Source: Vulcanimicrobiota bacterium (lineage in GTDB: Bacteria; Vulcanimicrobiota; Xenobia; Xenobiales; JADMJV01). From it: DNA of 64,000 bases. Below the pieces are notes generated by a model that saw only the letters and a list, made by a program, of their open reading frames with translations, was not told the DNA's origin and ran no database searches. The stretch is taken from assembly GCA_050250895.1 (NCBI GenBank), contig JBFWNU010000001.1:3744149-3808148 (forward strand). Direction: 5' to 3'. Shown one piece after another: positions 38,223-46,038 of this stretch. Position 1 is the first letter of the stretch. The number at the start of each line of letters is the position of its first letter. A program made the translations under genes and the position numbers.

Positions 38223-40592
38223 ATGCGTTTCATCGTTCGCTCAAACCTGATCTCTTTCGTTCTCGACCTCTTCTTCAACCTCGGTCTGAGCTTCTTTTGC
38301 CTATCCCACTTTCGCATTCCCATCGAGGCCCGGGGGACGGCCCTGGCGATGCTGGCCTGGATATACGTTCCTCGCACCATCATCTTCTTCGCCTATCGCA
38401 TTTACGCCATGCTACCGATGGACCGCTGGCTGACCAACAAAGAGGGGGCCGACGAAGCCACCATCATCGAGGCGGCCCGCTCCGCCTATGAGTCACCGCT
38501 CAAGACCAATCTCTTCTACACCCTGCTGGCCTTCATCGGGCCTTACGGCTTTTTCACCTATCGCCTGTGGGCTAGCCCCGAATTCGGCTTGGCCGGGCAC
38601 GGGTTGGTGGCCGGCGCCTTTCTGGCTCTGGGGGTCGGGGTGGGGTCGTTCGCCCTCGGCTATCCCCTCAACCTGGTCATCACCGGAACGGTGGCTAGCG
38701 AGATCTCCCTGGTCATGCGCGAGCGCGGGCTCAAGGTCGAGGCCATGGCCCTGCCCCTGCGCACTCGCATGCTCATCCTGGGAGTCTGCCTGACCGCCAC
38801 TCCCTGTTTCTTGATGCTGTCCATGCAGGCCATGCAGCTCGGCGAGACTGGTGCCGACATCGTCAGCCTGACCGGTCTGGGCTGGCTCTGTGTACTCCTG
38901 TCTTGCTGGGCTCTGCTCTCGACCATTCTGGTCAACCTGACCATTTCGCGTCCGGTGGGCAAGGTCCGCGGGGCGGTGGACCAGATCTTCGCCGGCACCC
39001 GGCCCGAAGCCGTGGCGCGTGTGCCCGTCTCTTATCCCGACGATCTCGGCGTGCTGGCCGAGGGCACCAATCGCATGCTCGACCAGCTCGAATCTTCCAG
39101 CCAGCAGATCGCCGAGCAGATGACCGAACTCGAGCAGGCCAACGAGCAGCTCAAGTCGGCCACCCAGGTCAAAGGCGAGTTTTTGGCCAGCATGTCCCAC
39201 GAGCTGCGCACCCCGCTCAACGCCATCATCGGCTTCTCTCGCATCCTGTTGCGCAAGACCGAGGACAAGCTGCCCGAGCGCCATTACCAGAACCTGGTCC
39301 ACATCCACAAAAGCGGCAAGCAGTTACTGTCGCTGGTCAACGATATCCTCGACTTCGAGCGCATCGAGGCGGGCCGCCTCAATATCACCCATCAGGAAGT
39401 CTCGGCCAAGCAATTGCAGGCCGAACTACTCGAGTCGTTCGAGTCGCAGGCCAAGGAAGAAGGCTATCAGTTGCGGGTGGTGGTCATCGATGGCCCGATC
39501 GTGCTGTGGACCGACCCCGAGCGGCTCGGCCAGATTCTAGGCAACTTCATCACCAACGCCATCAAATATGCCGGCAACGAGGGAGTCATCCGCCTGCGCA
39601 TCGCTCGCGAGCAGGGCGAGATCAAGTTCTCGGTCAGCGACCAGGGCAAAGGCGTCACCCCGGAAGAGAAAAGACGCATTTTCGAGGCCTTCTCGCAGCT
39701 CTCGGATGGCAAGGCCGGCGTCGGGCTGGGTCTGGCCATCGTGTCGCGGCTGGCGGCCCTGCTCGGAGGCCGGGTCGACCTCGAGTCGACTCCGGGCAAG
39801 GGCTCGACCTTCAGCTTTTACCTGCCCGCCAGTAGCGAAATCGGCGCGCAAGGTCTGGGCCGGTTGCTGCCCAAAGGGGATGGACCCGAACTGCTGGTGG
39901 TCGACGACCAGCCCAGCTTTCTCGAGATGATGTACCAGGAGTTCAGCGAGTCGGGTCACCGAGTCCATCTGGCCAAGACCGGCGAAGAGGCCCTGGAGAT
40001 GCTCAAAACCCTACGACCGGACGCCATCCTGCTCGACATCATGATGCCCGGCCTGGGTGGCTGGGAGACCCTGCGTCGCATTCGCGAGAACCCCGAGACC
40101 TCGCAGTTGCCGGTCATTATCACCAGCGTGCTCGACGACAACCGGGTAGGCTTCGAACTGGGTATCAAAGGCTGGCTCACCAAGCCGATCCAGAGCAAGG
40201 ACCTGAAGTCTCTGCTGGGTGGACTGAGCCCCGGCCGCCGGGTCTTGTTGGTCGACGACGACAAGGCCACCACCGACCTGCTCGGCCAGTTGCTCGAAGA
40301 GATGGAGCAACCCAGCCTGGCTGCCCACGCAGGCCAGCAAGCCCTCGAGCTGCTGGCCGCCAACGAAGACATCGCCGCCGTCATCCTCGACCTGGGCCTG
40401 CCCGACATCGACGGCTTCGAGGTGCTCGAGCGCCTGCGTGAACTGCGGGGTAACGCCATCACGGTGGTCGCCTATACCGGGCGCGAGCTGACCGAGCAAG
40501 AATCCAACCGCCTGCAAGACTCGCTGGCCCGGGTGGTCAAGAAGAACGCCAGTAACAGCGTGCGCCGGGCCATTCAGGCGGTGATCCGCTGA
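38223..40592 (+). CDS. Membrane hybrid histidine kinase (HAMP, HisKA, HATPase, two receivers)
   Basis: FLASMSHELRTPLNAIIG; GVGLGLAI; two receiver domains. Confidence 0.93.
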   Translation: MRFIVRSNLISFVLDLFFNLGLSFFCLSHFRIPIEARGTALAMLAWIYVPRTIIFFAYRIYAMLPMDRWLTNKEGADEATIIEAARSAYESPLKTNLFYTLLAFIGPYGFFTYRLWASPEFGLAGHGLVAGAFLALGVGVGSFALGYPLNLVITGTVASEISLVMRERGLKVEAMALPLRTRMLILGVCLTATPCFLMLSMQAMQLGETGADIVSLTGLGWLCVLLSCWALLSTILVNLTISRPVGKVRGAVDQIFAGTRPEAVARVPVSYPDDLGVLAEGTNRMLDQLESSSQQIAEQMTELEQANEQLKSATQVKGEFLASMSHELRTPLNAIIGFSRILLRKTEDKLPERHYQNLVHIHKSGKQLLSLVNDILDFERIEAGRLNITHQEVSAKQLQAELLESFESQAKEEGYQLRVVVIDGPIVLWTDPERLGQILGNFITNAIKYAGNEGVIRLRIAREQGEIKFSVSDQGKGVTPEEKRRIFEAFSQLSDGKAGVGLGLAIVSRLAALLGGRVDLESTPGKGSTFSFYLPASSEIGAQGLGRLLPKGDGPELLVVDDQPSFLEMMYQEFSESGHRVHLAKTGEEALEMLKTLRPDAILLDIMMPGLGGWETLRRIRENPETSQLPVIITSVLDDNRVGFELGIKGWLTKPIQSKDLKSLLGGLSPGRRVLLVDDDKATTDLLGQLLEEMEQPSLAAHAGQQALELLAANEDIAAVILDLGLPDIDGFEVLERLRELRGNAITVVAYTGRELTEQESNRLQDSLARVVKKNASNSVRRAIQAVIR

Positions 40593-40634
40593 GACCCGTT
40601 CGGGTCATTGACCTGAACGAGGCGCAGGTCCACA

Positions 40635-41138
40635 ATGGGCGCGATGATCGTGTGCTGGTTGCGCAACGGAAGACGGGTGCTGGTCAGGCCTCTGGATGCT
40701 GACGACAAACCCACTATTCAAGCGGGTTTTGAGCGTCTTTCGGCTCGCTCGCGCTATAACCGCTTTCTGCGGGCCGTCAAACACCTTTCGGCCGACGACC
40801 TCGAGCTGCTGACGCGGGTTGACCAGAAGGACCACGTGGCTTTGCTGGCTCTAGACCATCACCACGGAGTGGGAGTGGCCCGCCTCATTCGCCTGCCCGA
40901 CCAGCCTCAGTTAGCAGAGTTCGCCATCACCGTGGTCGACAGCCATCAGGGGCTTGGGCTTGGCAAGCTGCTGCTCCAGTTTCTGGCCTATTCGGCGCTG
41001 GCCCGTGGAGTGACCACCCTGCGCGGTTGGGTTCATCCCGAGAACCACGCCATGCGCCATCTGCTGCTGCAGGCCGGAGCCAGGCTCACCGCCAGCGAAC
41101 CCGGATTGCACTGCCTGGATATGGCTTTGCTTGGTTGA
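40635..41138 (+). CDS. GNAT family N-acetyltransferase
   Basis: AEFAITVVDSHQGLGLG; ENHAM. Confidence 0.88.
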   Translation: MGAMIVCWLRNGRRVLVRPLDADDKPTIQAGFERLSARSRYNRFLRAVKHLSADDLELLTRVDQKDHVALLALDHHHGVGVARLIRLPDQPQLAEFAITVVDSHQGLGLGKLLLQFLAYSALARGVTTLRGWVHPENHAMRHLLLQAGARLTASEPGLHCLDMALLG

Positions 41139-41141
41139 CGC

Positions 41142-41444
41142 CTAGTTGTCGGCGTTCTTGGCGGCGAAGTAGCCGCCCGCGCCGAGCAGGGCGCCAGCAC
41201 CCAGGCCGATGGAGACACCCAGCGCCCAGGCCGGACCACCGAAGCCTTTGCCGGTGGCGAGGTCGACTACGAAGCCAACGGCACCGCCGACGCTGCCACC
41301 ACCGAGAGCGGTGATGCCCACTTTTTTCAGCAGGCTAGGCCGAGCGGGCTCGACCGTATCCTGAGGCGGCTGCTGAGCCGGCGGTTGGGGCTGACTGGCT
41401 GCGCTGGTGTAAGTGCGAGGCGTGGCAACGTTAGTGATCTTCAT
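41142..41444 (-). CDS. Small hypothetical membrane protein (Gly-zipper-like)
   Basis: Pro/Gln linker then two Gly-rich hydrophobic helices. Confidence 0.6.
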   Translation of the reverse strand: MKITNVATPRTYTSAASQPQPPAQQPPQDTVEPARPSLLKKVGITALGGGSVGGAVGFVVDLATGKGFGGPAWALGVSIGLGAGALLGAGGYFAAKNADN

Positions 41445-41510
41445 AGACCCAGGATAACCGCGCGCGCGTGAACATGCTTGACCGGAATGTAACCTTTTTT
41501 GCAAGTCGGG

Positions 41511-42425
41511 CTAGCCCGGCTGGACCGCCATCGAGATGATATCCAGCATCGGCTCGCCCGCCTCGGCGATGAAGCGGTAGTGCTTCCAGGGCTGGTTGCC
41601 GCGCTGGGCCTTCACCTCGCGCAGACGCTCGGAGCTAATGGTGGCGTAAAGTCCGACCACCACGTCGGAGTGTCCGCAACCCTGGTCGTGGCACACCTGG
41701 CAGCCGGGGAAGACCAGCTGATGCTGCTGCTCCCCCTCGGTGTAGGCCAGGGTCAGGTTGCCGGATGCGCGGTCCCAGTGGTAGCCGGTGACGGTGACGT
41801 GCATCGGAATCAAGACCCCGGGGTGCTCCGGGGGTGGAGCCGGCGCGTCTTTGAACATCGGGATCGACTTGGCTGGCTGGACCGGCGTTTGAGCCGGCAC
41901 CGGCGCCGCCATGGGCTGTTCTGGGGCCGGGACGGTCGGCATCGGCATGGTGGCCACGTGAGCAGCTCCGCCGCTGGCGGCCATCTCTTTTTGAGCGAAG
42001 AAGGCCTCGCGGGTGGGGTCGATGCGGTTGGCCTCGGCCAGCAGCACGGCGATGTCGGCGTTGGACCGCGTCTCGAGCACCGCCCCCATGCGAGAGGTGT
42101 TGAGCTTTTGCTCGTCGGTCTCGGGACGAAACGCCAGCCCGGCTGAATAGCGACGACGCTCGTCGTCGCCGCTCGACCACATCACCTCGGCCGGACATGT
42201 GAAGTCGGGCAGCTCTTCAGTGTCAAACTCGAGTTCGAGGTTGAGGATCTGGCCCTTTTCGAGCAGGGCCTCGGTCTCGATCTGCAGGCCGCTGGCGCTC
42301 ACATCGAGCGTCAGGGCCCGAAAACCCGGTAGCTGGCGCGATTTGACCCGAATCGAGACTTCGTGCCGCTCGCTGTCGCGGTCGGCGGCGGTTTTTTCTT
42401 TCTTTTTGAAGATCCACTTAAGCAT
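41511..42425 (-). CDS. PilZ domain protein
   Basis: RDSER (RxxxR) and DVSASG (DxSxxG) c-di-GMP motifs. Confidence 0.85.
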   Translation of the reverse strand: MLKWIFKKKEKTAADRDSERHEVSIRVKSRQLPGFRALTLDVSASGLQIETEALLEKGQILNLELEFDTEELPDFTCPAEVMWSSGDDERRRYSAGLAFRPETDEQKLNTSRMGAVLETRSNADIAVLLAEANRIDPTREAFFAQKEMAASGGAAHVATMPMPTVPAPEQPMAAPVPAQTPVQPAKSIPMFKDAPAPPPEHPGVLIPMHVTVTGYHWDRASGNLTLAYTEGEQQHQLVFPGCQVCHDQGCGHSDVVVGLYATISSERLREVKAQRGNQPWKHYRFIAEAGEPMLDIISMAVQPG

Positions 42426-42793
42426 TAGCGTTTCATCGTCTCCTGTCGGATGGCCTCGAGCTCGCTGGCGGTCACGCCCATGCGGATGATGGTGCCTTCG
42501 ATGTAGCCCTGCACCTCGGGTTGTAGTCGGCCGTCAGCCAGGCAGATCTTCATGACCGACTTGAGCGCCTCGAGTTGGAAGTTGCGGTCTTCGAAGATCT
42601 CGTCGAGGGGGACAGGGGGGTCGGTTGGTTTCTCGGTGAGGTTTGCGTCGAGCATACACACGATCTGAGGGTGGGTTAGGCCCAGTTGACGCAACACGCC
42701 GGTCACGGCCTTGACCTCGTTGGGGGTCACTACGTCGTCAGCCCAGACCATCTGGAAAAGGATCTTGACAAAGCCTTGTAAAGCAGGATTCAT
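42425..42793 (-). CDS. TerB-family protein
   Basis: MVWADDVVTPNE and ICLADGRLQPE duplicated TerB motifs. Confidence 0.8.
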   Translation of the reverse strand: MNPALQGFVKILFQMVWADDVVTPNEVKAVTGVLRQLGLTHPQIVCMLDANLTEKPTDPPVPLDEIFEDRNFQLEALKSVMKICLADGRLQPEVQGYIEGTIIRMGVTASELEAIRQETMKR

Positions 42794-42821
42794 TTGGCCC
42801 GCTTCGTTATCGCTCGGCTAT

Positions 42822-42839
42822 CTCCTAGGGCCCTAGGAG
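42822..42839. promoter_or_regulatory. Perfect 18-bp palindrome in a divergent promoter region
   Basis: CTCCTAGGGCCCTAGGAG. Confidence 0.4.
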
Positions 42840-42891
42840 GCCGAGCCGTTTTCTTGAACCTTGAAGGGATGAGCGGCGTAGCGGTGAGACG

Positions 42892-43524
42892 ATGACAAGT
42901 TTTTTCGGCAATGGTCCGCTTTATGTGGCCGGGTGGATGGACTCGGGACCGCTGGCCTACTTCTCGGTGGCGCCCAAGCCGCTGGTGCTGGCGGCTCTGG
43001 CGGTGCCGCTGACTGTCGGGCTGTGGACCCGCTCGCGGGGGTTGGCGCTCTTTGGCGGGGCCGTGCTGCTGGGCTCGCTGTTTTTGATGGGGCTCTTTCT
43101 TCCGCTGGGTTTCTGGGGCGGTTTGGCCCTGGCCGGATACCTGGTAGGCGCGGTGGTGCTGGGACGCCGCTCAGGTCGCGAGGTCCTGGCGCCCTTTGTG
43201 GTGGGAGGCATCGTGTTCGCTTTGGCGCTGGGGCTGGGCTTTCCGGGTTCGCTGGTGTTCAATCCCGTGGTATGCCGGTCCAACCTGAAGAACATCGGCA
43301 CGGCCCTGGAGTTGTGGGCCACCGACCACGAGGGCGAGCGTCCGGCGTCCCTCCAGGAGTTGACGCCGAACTATCTACGCGACCTGCCCGACTGTCATGG
43401 CGTGAGCTATGCCTATGCGGCCCCGGTGGTGAGTTGCCAGAACCCGTTCCACCAGCAACTTGAAGGGACGCCGCCCGGCTACCCCCGCCTGGATGACGAG
43501 GGCGAGCTCAAGACGGCTCCCTGA
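42892..43524 (+). CDS. Membrane protein with GspG/pilin-like C-terminal domain
   Basis: TM helices then CRSNLKNIGTALELWATDH...P.SL..L.P.YL. Confidence 0.7.
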   Translation: MTSFFGNGPLYVAGWMDSGPLAYFSVAPKPLVLAALAVPLTVGLWTRSRGLALFGGAVLLGSLFLMGLFLPLGFWGGLALAGYLVGAVVLGRRSGREVLAPFVVGGIVFALALGLGFPGSLVFNPVVCRSNLKNIGTALELWATDHEGERPASLQELTPNYLRDLPDCHGVSYAYAAPVVSCQNPFHQQLEGTPPGYPRLDDEGELKTAP

Positions 43525-43607
43525 GCCTGTCTTCACAGGTGATGCAAAGGCCATCCTCGCTCCGCTAAGGGGCCAGAAGAGGGGCGGCCGGAGCCGCCCA
43601 GAGCTCC

Positions 43608-43712
43608 CTACATCACCAGGCAAGCCTTGGCAATGATTCCGAGAATCGTTATAATCGTAAAGATCACAACGATCACCCGAACGGGAGTGCAGTCACGGTG
43701 CTTCAACTTCAT
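43608..43712 (-). pseudogene. Degenerate pilin N-terminus (34 codons)
   Basis: AAGGAG RBS; MKLKHRDCTPVRVIVVIFTIITILGIIAK resembles RGFTLxELxVVIxII. Confidence 0.35.
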
Positions 43713-43855
43713 GGCTGCGCTCCTTCCGTTTTATCGCCCTGCTCTTACAGTGCGCCCCGCCCCGAAAGACGAGGATTCGTTGAAGCCACCCCCACACTTC
43801 GACGGGCCGGGTCGGCTCCTGTCGAACGTTTGTCTCGAGTTTTGGCGGGGGTCGC

Positions 43856-44312
43856 TCGCTAGCGAACAAGGCCTGAACAAAGGTTAGCAATTCCATCGAC
43901 GGGAGCCCGGATCGCGAGGCCGAAGATGGCCGGATGTCGGATTCCTACGATTGCTGATGAGCGTCGGGCCCGGTCGCGGCTTGACGGAAATGACGAGAAC
44001 GTAAGTCCGGGATGTTTGACTGGCACGGTTGCGACGCTCTCGTCATTCCCTATCGGCGCTGCGCGCCGCGCCGCTAGGCCCGACTACGTGGAAAGAGGCG
44101 CTCCACGTCTACTTCCCGCAATTTTTAGAGCTGCTGTTTCTCGAGGTCTACCAGGTCGACTGGAGCCGCGGCTGGCAGGTGCTCGACAACGAGCTACTCG
44201 GCAGCGCCGCGACCTCGGCGGTCTTGAGGATATGTTCGACCCGGCCGAGCTTGCCTCCCTTACACCGGTGGCGGCGACCGCGGCTACCTTTGAGGATTTC
44301 CTGTCGGCTCTA
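43856..44312 (+). pseudogene. Decayed duplicate of the Rpn-like gene and its upstream region
   Basis: 43856-43952 matches 44974-45070; hairpin insertion; internal deletion equivalent to about 45203-45912. Confidence 0.88.
43953..44086. mobile_element. 134-bp hairpin mini-element, copy 1
   Basis: Absent from the intact rpn copy (TACGATT-CCC-CGTGG); homologous to the reverse complement of 48726-48858. Confidence 0.85.
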
Positions 44313-44377
44313 TCGACCAGATAGGGCTTCGCATCCGGCGGCCGGGAAAAGGGGACACGCCAGATTGGCGGGCAAGG

Positions 44378-44839
44378 TTGGGGTCGCGACTCTTCATGGG
44401 GCGGTGGGGAAGAAGGCTCGCAAGAAGGTGTTCCGAGACTTTCGCTGCGGGCGAGGTCCAGGTGCTTGTGGCCAGCTCCAAGCTGGTCGGCGAGGGCTGG
44501 GACTGCCCGCCGCTTTCGGCGCTTTTTCTGGCTATGCCAATGGGACGTTCGCCGCGGCTGGAGCAATACATCGGACGACTCACCCGGCCCGACCCCGACA
44601 AACCAGAGCCCGAGGTCCATGATTATCGCGACCACCACGTCGAGCAGCTCGAAGCCATGTTTCTGCGGCGCATCCCTATCTTTCGCCGGGTGCTCGGCAA
44701 CGAAAATCTACCGGTGGAGTTCTTCTCTAGCAACCGTTCGAAGCGTGCCACCATTCGCTACGGGCCCGATCGGGCGCGCTCTAAGCAGCCGATTGTTCGA
44801 GACTCAGCCGACCAATTATGGCTGTTTGATCACGAGTAA
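44378..44839 (+). pseudogene. C-terminal fragment of an SF2 helicase
   Basis: VLVAS..LVGEGWDCP...QYIGRLTR (motifs V and VI) with no N-terminal half. Confidence 0.75.
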
Positions 44840-45051
44840 CCGACCGCCGCTGGAGCTAACTCGCCGTTGTCTGCCGAAGACGCGGCCGATGCGATTTGCT
44901 ATGTCTGGCTCAGGAGCCGAATCGTCGCGCGAGAGCTACAAATGGCCCCGTTGGTGGACTGCAGCACGGTTGTTCGCTAGCGAACGAAGCCTGAACAAAG
45001 GTTAGCAATTCCATCGACGGGAGCCCGGATCGCAAGGCCGAAGATGGCCGG

Positions 45052-46038
45052 ATGTCGGATTCCTACGATTCCCCGTGGAAAGAGGCGCTCCGCGTCTACT
45101 TCCCACACTTTCTAGAGCTGCTGTTTCCCGAGGTCCACCAGGCTATCGACTGGAGCCGCGGCTGGCAGGTGCTCGACAACGAGCTACTCGGCAGCGCCGC
45201 GACCACAGCCCGGCGGGTCGATGTGTTGATGGAGGTGACCAGGCTCGACGGCGAGGCCAGCTGTATTCTCGTTCATGTCGAGGTCCAGAACCAGCATGAA
45301 GCCGGCTTCTCGGCCCGACTCTTCGCTTATCACTATCGCATCCGGCTTCACTTCGGCAAGCCGGTCTGTACGCTGGTCGTGCTCGGCGACCCGAGCCGGA
45401 CGTGGCGCCCGGACAGCCACCAGGAAGAGCTGCTCGGCTGTCGTCATCGGCTGGAGTTTCCGACCGTCAAGCTCGAAGAGCTTCGCCCCGTGATTCGCCA
45501 ACTCGAAGCCAACAAGAACCCGTTCGGCCCGGTGGTCGCCGCCCATCTGCATGTCCGGTCGGCGGGCCCCGATAGCCCGAAGCGGCAGCGCATCAAACAG
45601 CGGCTCGTGCGCCGGCTCTACAAGACCGGCTTCACCCGGGAGCAGATCCGGCAGCTGTTTAGGTTGATTGATTGGTTTCTGCAGCTAAGTCGGGAACAGG
45701 AGGAAGTCTTCTGGACTCAGCTAAGAAGATACGAGAGGAAGAATAAGATGCCGTACATCACCAGTGTCGAGCGCATGGGAATGGAAAAGGGCCTGGCCGA
45801 GGGCCACAAAAAGGGCTTGTCTGAGGGGGTCGAAGTGGGCCACGCCCGGGGTGTGAGAGATTCGATTCGGACCGTGCTGGCCGCCCGGTTTGGCGAGGGC
45901 TTTCTCGAGCAACTCGGCGGCCTTGAGGATGTGTCCGACCCGAGCCAGCTTTCTTCCCTGACGCTGGCAGCTGCGACCGCGGCCACCTTTGAGGACTTCC
46001 TCACGGCTCTTTCGAGCCTCCAGGCGCCACCCGCCTAG
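45052..46038 (+). CDS. Rpn/YhgA-like PD-(D/E)xK nuclease (DUF4351-type C-terminus)
   Basis: DYDSPWKE-like start; RVDVL...HVEVQ; MPYITSVERMG...EG repeats; RFG. Confidence 0.88.
   Translation: MSDSYDSPWKEALRVYFPHFLELLFPEVHQAIDWSRGWQVLDNELLGSAATTARRVDVLMEVTRLDGEASCILVHVEVQNQHEAGFSARLFAYHYRIRLHFGKPVCTLVVLGDPSRTWRPDSHQEELLGCRHRLEFPTVKLEELRPVIRQLEANKNPFGPVVAAHLHVRSAGPDSPKRQRIKQRLVRRLYKTGFTREQIRQLFRLIDWFLQLSREQEEVFWTQLRRYERKNKMPYITSVERMGMEKGLAEGHKKGLSEGVEVGHARGVRDSIRTVLAARFGEGFLEQLGGLEDVSDPSQLSSLTLAAATAATFEDFLTALSSLQAPPA

Noticed and set aside
43582-43599. GGGCGGC-CGGA-GCCGCCC hairpin as a terminator
   Set aside because: No U-tract on either strand.
43954-43960. CTGATGA as a hammerhead ribozyme core
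   Set aside because: No correctly placed GAAA and stems, and the motif is not kept in copy 2.
43953-44086. Hairpin element as an integron attC site or group II intron
   Set aside because: No RYYYAAC/GTTRRRY ends, no integrase, too short, and no domain V.
7662-46038. Frequent CTAG at gene ends and rearrangement junctions
   Set aside because: Explained by TAG stop usage after C-ending codons; enrichment cannot be shown without counting.
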